The translations under genes and the position numbers were made by a program. DNA of 64,000 nt from a virus, in the IMG/VR virus record IMGVR_UViG_3300025767_001103, positions 1 to 64,000 of that record; one strand, written 5' to 3'. Shown here in pieces: positions 60,037-64,000 of the stretch (position 1 is the stretch's first letter; every line of letters begins with the position of its first letter). The notes beneath the pieces were generated by a model. That model was not told where the DNA came from and made no database searches. It saw nothing but the letters and a program-made list of their open reading frames with translations.

Positions 60037-60709
60037 TATCTATTCCCCATTGACGTTCCTTGCACCAAAAACATTCTCCACATTCTGGCACATGTTGTCC
60101 TGGTATATATGTAGTATAATCCAAACCTTCAAACTCTCCTTCGCAACTACGAGTAAGATTTAATAAGTCTACGATATCGTTTTCGTAGTACTGCCGTATG
60201 ATCCAATCCTTTTTAGTATACACGAAAGGATGACAAATGTCAATCCCGTTATGTACAAAATGAGGGGCCAACACACCTTCGTTACGTTCTTCCATTTCTC
60301 CAGGTATAGATATATCAGGATTCATATTTACACCACCGTATAATGCATCTAAGTTATATTGATGTGCAATATATTCATTATGTGAACGTAATATAATCCT
60401 ATTACCTGATTTCATTTTACCATACTCGTCTTTAATAAGGTAATCAGTAGGCTCTTCTAATTCTGGCGGGACTAAATTTTTATGTACTGTAAAATTATTG
60501 TCAAACTTATTCTCAAGCCAGTCAATTACTCCATCAACAACAGGACCTTGCCATGGTCTTGTTTTCCACATACGTATTTGATTAGTAATATGTATATCTG
60601 TAGTTGTACTTACGTTTTTACATATCAAATAAGCAAGTAACGCACTATCGGCTCCGCCACTAAGACTAATGCCTATGCGTTTCCAAGTTTGGTCCAAATA
60701 AAGATTCAT
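60029..60709 (-). CDS. QueC-like PP-loop ATPase with C-terminal Cys cluster
   Basis: ISLSGGADSALL (PP-loop), PF...K, TRSCE...CGECFWCKER. Confidence 0.78.
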   Translation of the reverse strand: MNLYLDQTWKRIGISLSGGADSALLAYLICKNVSTTTDIHITNQIRMWKTRPWQGPVVDGVIDWLENKFDNNFTVHKNLVPPELEEPTDYLIKDEYGKMKSGNRIILRSHNEYIAHQYNLDALYGGVNMNPDISIPGEMEERNEGVLAPHFVHNGIDICHPFVYTKKDWIIRQYYENDIVDLLNLTRSCEGEFEGLDYTTYIPGQHVPECGECFWCKERQWGIDNV

Positions 60710-60763
60710 GCAAATACTTATATACTAAATATCTTATAATACGTATTATTGGCAGGATTTACT
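60710..60763. promoter_or_regulatory. Divergent AT-rich promoter region
   Basis: Plus-strand TAAATA (60726-60731) ahead of 60764; minus-strand TAAGTA variant 5 nt upstream of the QueC-like ATG. Confidence 0.45.
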
Positions 60764-61423
60764 ATGCTTCAAACATTACCTTATACAGTTGATTCAACAC
60801 TTCTTAATAAAGCACAGTGTTCTATTCCGTCTGTAGATTCTAAACTAACAATCAACCAACCAACGGGTAATTTTTTTTACAACCCGTGGAAGATTAAAGA
60901 AGAATTTAAAGGCACTGTTTGGGAAACTCTTTTAAATACGTTGCCCTTGGATATAGGCGAAGCAAGAATCATTGTACTCGGTCACGGAACAACTTATATG
61001 TCGCATACTGATATTGATGACAGATATCATCTAAGTATTAAAGGACAATATTCTTTTTTAATTAATGTAGACGATGAAAAAATGTACCCTACAGTAGCAG
61101 ACGGCCAGTGGTATGAAATGAATACCGGACTACGCCATGTAGCAGCAAATTTTGGATCTTACGATCGTGCTCAGCTTGTTATAAGAAAACTTTTGAATAA
61201 TGCTAATTTAAAAAATTATACAAATATAACAATTAAACCAGTATGTGAAAATCCTAGATTTGAATTTGATGACTTAATTAGTCCTTGGTTAAATAAAATA
61301 AACAAACAGCACTTAATTAATAATTTTAGTATTTTGCAAGACGGCGTTACATTTAATTTAGACACTAATGCCATACATGAATTAGATAATATTGATATTG
61401 ATAAATTTAAGGTAATAAAATAA
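60764..61423 (+). CDS. Fe(II)/2OG-type DSBH oxygenase (Asp/Asn beta-hydroxylase-like)
   Basis: ARII...HTDIDDRYHL...WYEMNTGLRHVAAN...DR (HxD...H...R); ATG 60764 with AGGA SD. Confidence 0.75.
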   Translation: MLQTLPYTVDSTLLNKAQCSIPSVDSKLTINQPTGNFFYNPWKIKEEFKGTVWETLLNTLPLDIGEARIIVLGHGTTYMSHTDIDDRYHLSIKGQYSFLINVDDEKMYPTVADGQWYEMNTGLRHVAANFGSYDRAQLVIRKLLNNANLKNYTNITIKPVCENPRFEFDDLISPWLNKINKQHLINNFSILQDGVTFNLDTNAIHELDNIDIDKFKVIK

Positions 61424-62970
61424 TGCACCATGTACTTTTCTTTTCGTTAACAGGAAAAAGATGGGAACGAGCACTTTGGCCACACCGTGTAGCTACATTT
61501 TTAAGAATGAATGAATGGGATGCCGAGGTAGTAGACTTTACAGCATTTTGGGAATTAGAAGAACTACAAGAGTTTGTGCGCAGTAGAACTACAAGTAAGA
61601 CTGTTATGTTTTGTTTCGGCACTGCTTTCTTAAATCCTTGGAGCCCTTACTTAAATGATTTTATTGCTTGGTTAAAAAATGAATATCCTGATATTCCAGT
61701 AGTAGTTGGTGGCAACAATGCTTTAACCACTCCTGCTGATAATGTAGATTATTGGGTAGACAGTTACGGAGAAAATGCCATCCTTGCATTGTGTAAACAT
61801 TTAATAGGCACATTAGGATCTCCTCTAAGAACCGATCCTACTTTTATGGGAAGCAAAAATGTTCTCAGAGGATTGCACCATTATCCATCGACACCACTAG
61901 ACAATTATCTTGTAGACTATGAAACACGAGACTTTATAATGCCGTATGAATGCCCTCAAATTGAAACTGCTCGTGGATGTATGTTTGAATGTAGCTACTG
62001 TAATTTTCCTCTGTTAGGACAATCTAAAGATGTCAGTGTAAGTAAAGAAGAATTCAAACGACAGATGCAGACTGGGTACGAGAAGTGGGGCATTAAGAAT
62101 TGGCGTGTAATGGACGAAACTTTTAATGATCGTCCTTCAAAATTACAAAAGTATGCTGACGCAGTAGACGAACTAGGATACAATCCTTGGATCTGCGGCT
62201 TTGCCCGCGGGGACTTAGTTGTTAAACATAAAGAGCACTGGGACACTTATATTAGATTAGGGTTCCTAGGACATAGTATGGGACTCGAAACTTTTAACAG
62301 AGAAGCAGGCAAACTTGTGCGTAAAGGTATGGATCCGACACAAATACAAGAAGGATTATTAGAGTTTCAAGAATATACAGATATTCATGCTCCTAAGAGA
62401 TATAGAGCAAACATACAATTAATATGCGGTATACCAGGAGAAACACACGAGTCTTGGCATAGTTCATTAAATTGGTTAAACACTAAATGGAATAGACAAA
62501 GTGCTAGCGCCCACATTTTAGAAATTGGCGATTATGATGAAAGCCTTACAAACCAAAGCCGATTTACTAAACAACTTAAAGACAACGGCTTGTTGAAAAT
62601 TGAGGCTAAACAAAATCCAGGGTATGACGTCTATAAAGATGCTAACGGAAATGTTGTCTTTAAGTCTACTACTCCACGAGGCGGTGGGGTAGGCAGCACT
62701 CGCAATGACATTGTTATATGGAAACATAATACTATGGATTGGTACCAAGCGCAGAATTTAGTAAAAGAATTTTATTCAGATGATGGATTTATTGGACTTC
62801 GAGGGTGCAATCCGTTTTTATCAGATAGATTATTTGTGCTAACAGAAGCAGAACGATATGAAGATATTTACGATATAAACATGTCACAGACAGATACTAA
62901 CGATCCTAAGTTTAAAACTTTTGTGAAAAATTACATCGATAAAAAATTAAATCATACACTTAGTAATTAA
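61423..62970 (+). CDS. Cobalamin-binding-domain radical SAM enzyme (class B methyltransferase-like)
   Basis: N-terminal Rossmannoid region (VATFLR...PDIPVVVGG...YGENAI); ETARGCMFECSYC; MDETFN; GLETF; ICGIPGET. Confidence 0.85.
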   Translation: MHHVLFFSLTGKRWERALWPHRVATFLRMNEWDAEVVDFTAFWELEELQEFVRSRTTSKTVMFCFGTAFLNPWSPYLNDFIAWLKNEYPDIPVVVGGNNALTTPADNVDYWVDSYGENAILALCKHLIGTLGSPLRTDPTFMGSKNVLRGLHHYPSTPLDNYLVDYETRDFIMPYECPQIETARGCMFECSYCNFPLLGQSKDVSVSKEEFKRQMQTGYEKWGIKNWRVMDETFNDRPSKLQKYADAVDELGYNPWICGFARGDLVVKHKEHWDTYIRLGFLGHSMGLETFNREAGKLVRKGMDPTQIQEGLLEFQEYTDIHAPKRYRANIQLICGIPGETHESWHSSLNWLNTKWNRQSASAHILEIGDYDESLTNQSRFTKQLKDNGLLKIEAKQNPGYDVYKDANGNVVFKSTTPRGGGVGSTRNDIVIWKHNTMDWYQAQNLVKEFYSDDGFIGLRGCNPFLSDRLFVLTEAERYEDIYDINMSQTDTNDPKFKTFVKNYIDKKLNHTLSN

Positions 62971-63476
62971 TATCCAATTATGTGAAACATAAACTTTGGA
63001 GTCATACCTGCATTAATACCACTGTGCCACTCGTTATGATTATTCCAACGAAATATTGATCCTTGAATACAGTTATACAAATAATCTTCCCCTAGCATAA
63101 AAATATGTCCGGGAGTTTTATCTCCCATCATAATACTGTAGCGTTTGATTTCACCATGCTTTAAATATTCTTGTTCATTATCATCAACATCCCAATGCCA
63201 AGGAGCATAGTATCCAGGATCAACTCTGCTAATCCAAGCGCGGTGAACACCTTTTAATCGTAAATAAAATGCAACATCATCGACAAACTCCTGTGAGAAC
63301 TCTTTTCCAGGATAGTAGTTTGTCCACTTCATGGCAGAAGAATTAAAATTAGCTTCCTTCCAAATAGAATGAATTTTTCCATAATTGCTATTATCTAAGT
63401 TCCAGCGACTAGGGTCAGTAGTAACATCTGAGCCTTGTTTGTCTGTTAATGATTCGATTAATTCTTTTAAATTCAT
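62967..63476 (-). CDS. Fe(II)/2OG-type DSBH oxygenase
   Basis: AWISRVDPGYYAPWHWD...GHIF...WHSGINAG..PK (HxD...H); start uncertain, ATG 63476 or ATG 63554 coupled to the upstream stop. Confidence 0.72.
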   Translation of the reverse strand: MNLKELIESLTDKQGSDVTTDPSRWNLDNSNYGKIHSIWKEANFNSSAMKWTNYYPGKEFSQEFVDDVAFYLRLKGVHRAWISRVDPGYYAPWHWDVDDNEQEYLKHGEIKRYSIMMGDKTPGHIFMLGEDYLYNCIQGSIFRWNNHNEWHSGINAGMTPKFMFHIIGY

Positions 63477-63553
63477 GCGTCTATATGCATTTAGAAACGC
63501 ACAACTTTTTAAAGTTAGTAATCTTCTGTCGTAGGCTGCACCAGGATTGTGCA

Positions 63554-64000
63554 TTATATGATTCCTATCATGTCTAATACTTCTTGCTTATATTCTGTTA
63601 GAACACTAATAATTATTATAGTTATTTCTTCTTGACTATTGTTTTGAAATTCAGCAGGATATTTTGTTGTATCTAATAAGTATACGTTGCCTTCTTCTAG
63701 TACAACGGTTTGAATTTTTTCTTGATGACTAATTAGACAAACATCTTGATTAACTATAATAGGAATTATAATGCTAACATGCGCCGGGGTAAAAGCTTGC
63801 CACTTTCCTAATTTTTGATTAGGCGGATAATTAAATAAAAATGACCGAAACGGCTGTTTTAATAAATCCTTTAATCTCTTAAAGAATCCAAATACCATTG
63901 GAGTATCTTTAAAATATTCGGGGCCTTCGTCGTGCGGGTCTAAATCAGGGTGATACGGAAATGTAGGATCGTTGTATATTGTTTGTAGTCCCCAGCCATT
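63554..64000 (-). CDS. DSBH-fold oxygenase homologue lacking the metal ligands (N-terminus outside the window)
   Basis: Frame stays open to the window edge: NGWGLQTIYNDPTFPYHPDLDPHDEGPEYFKDTPMVFGFF...; IIIPIIVN...LEEGNVYLLDTT...N.S pattern without HxD/H. Confidence 0.6.
   Translation of the reverse strand, partial: NGWGLQTIYNDPTFPYHPDLDPHDEGPEYFKDTPMVFGFFKRLKDLLKQPFRSFLFNYPPNQKLGKWQAFTPAHVSIIIPIIVNQDVCLISHQEKIQTVVLEEGNVYLLDTTKYPAEFQNNSQEEITIIIISVLTEYKQEVLDMIGII

Noticed and set aside
2129-62748. Many 60-130 aa ORFs antisense to or overlapping the long genes in the ORF track
   Set aside because: They are shadow frames of well-supported genes, with no recognisable motifs or start signals.
63473-63510. 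Possible hairpin or terminator upstream of the ATG at 63476
   Set aside because: The stem is short and bulged, has no U-tract, and may lie within coding sequence.
1-64000. tRNA, rRNA, CRISPR arrays, transposases, homing endonucleases, diversity-generating retroelement
   Set aside because: Intergenic gaps are all under about 90 nt and AT-rich; no such motifs, reverse transcriptase or TR/VR repeat pair were seen by eye.

Overview
A 64-kb, AT-rich, densely coding segment of a large (probably jumbo) myophage with distant T4-like core genes. Left end, minus strand: gp46 (truncated), gp47 and the late sigma factor gp55, with near-perfect sigma70 promoters ahead of gp47 and gp55. From 2.7 to 38.4 kb, plus strand: a contractile-tail baseplate/fibre module under putative TAAATA late promoters. 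It holds a tube-initiator-like protein, gp53, a hub protein, a gp5/VgrG spike with a C-terminal VgrG3-type lysozyme-like domain, gp25, gp6, a 5185-aa wedge/adhesin-like protein, and five fibre-like proteins in two paralogue families. From 38.4 kb to the window end: a large modification-enzyme cluster directly behind the fibre genes. It has 9 radical SAM enzymes in four architectures, 4 DxD glycosyltransferase-like, 2 GT10-like and 3 SGNH-like proteins, a nucleotide-sugar epimerase, a methyltransferase, a QueC-like PP-loop ATPase, 3 Fe(II)/2OG-type oxygenases and one apparently catalytically dead DSBH protein. The cluster shows nested and mirror-image paralogue arrangements, and its product cannot be determined from sequence alone. 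No tRNA, rRNA, CRISPR array, intron, intein or transposase was recognised. All calls come from reading motifs by eye; no database search was run.
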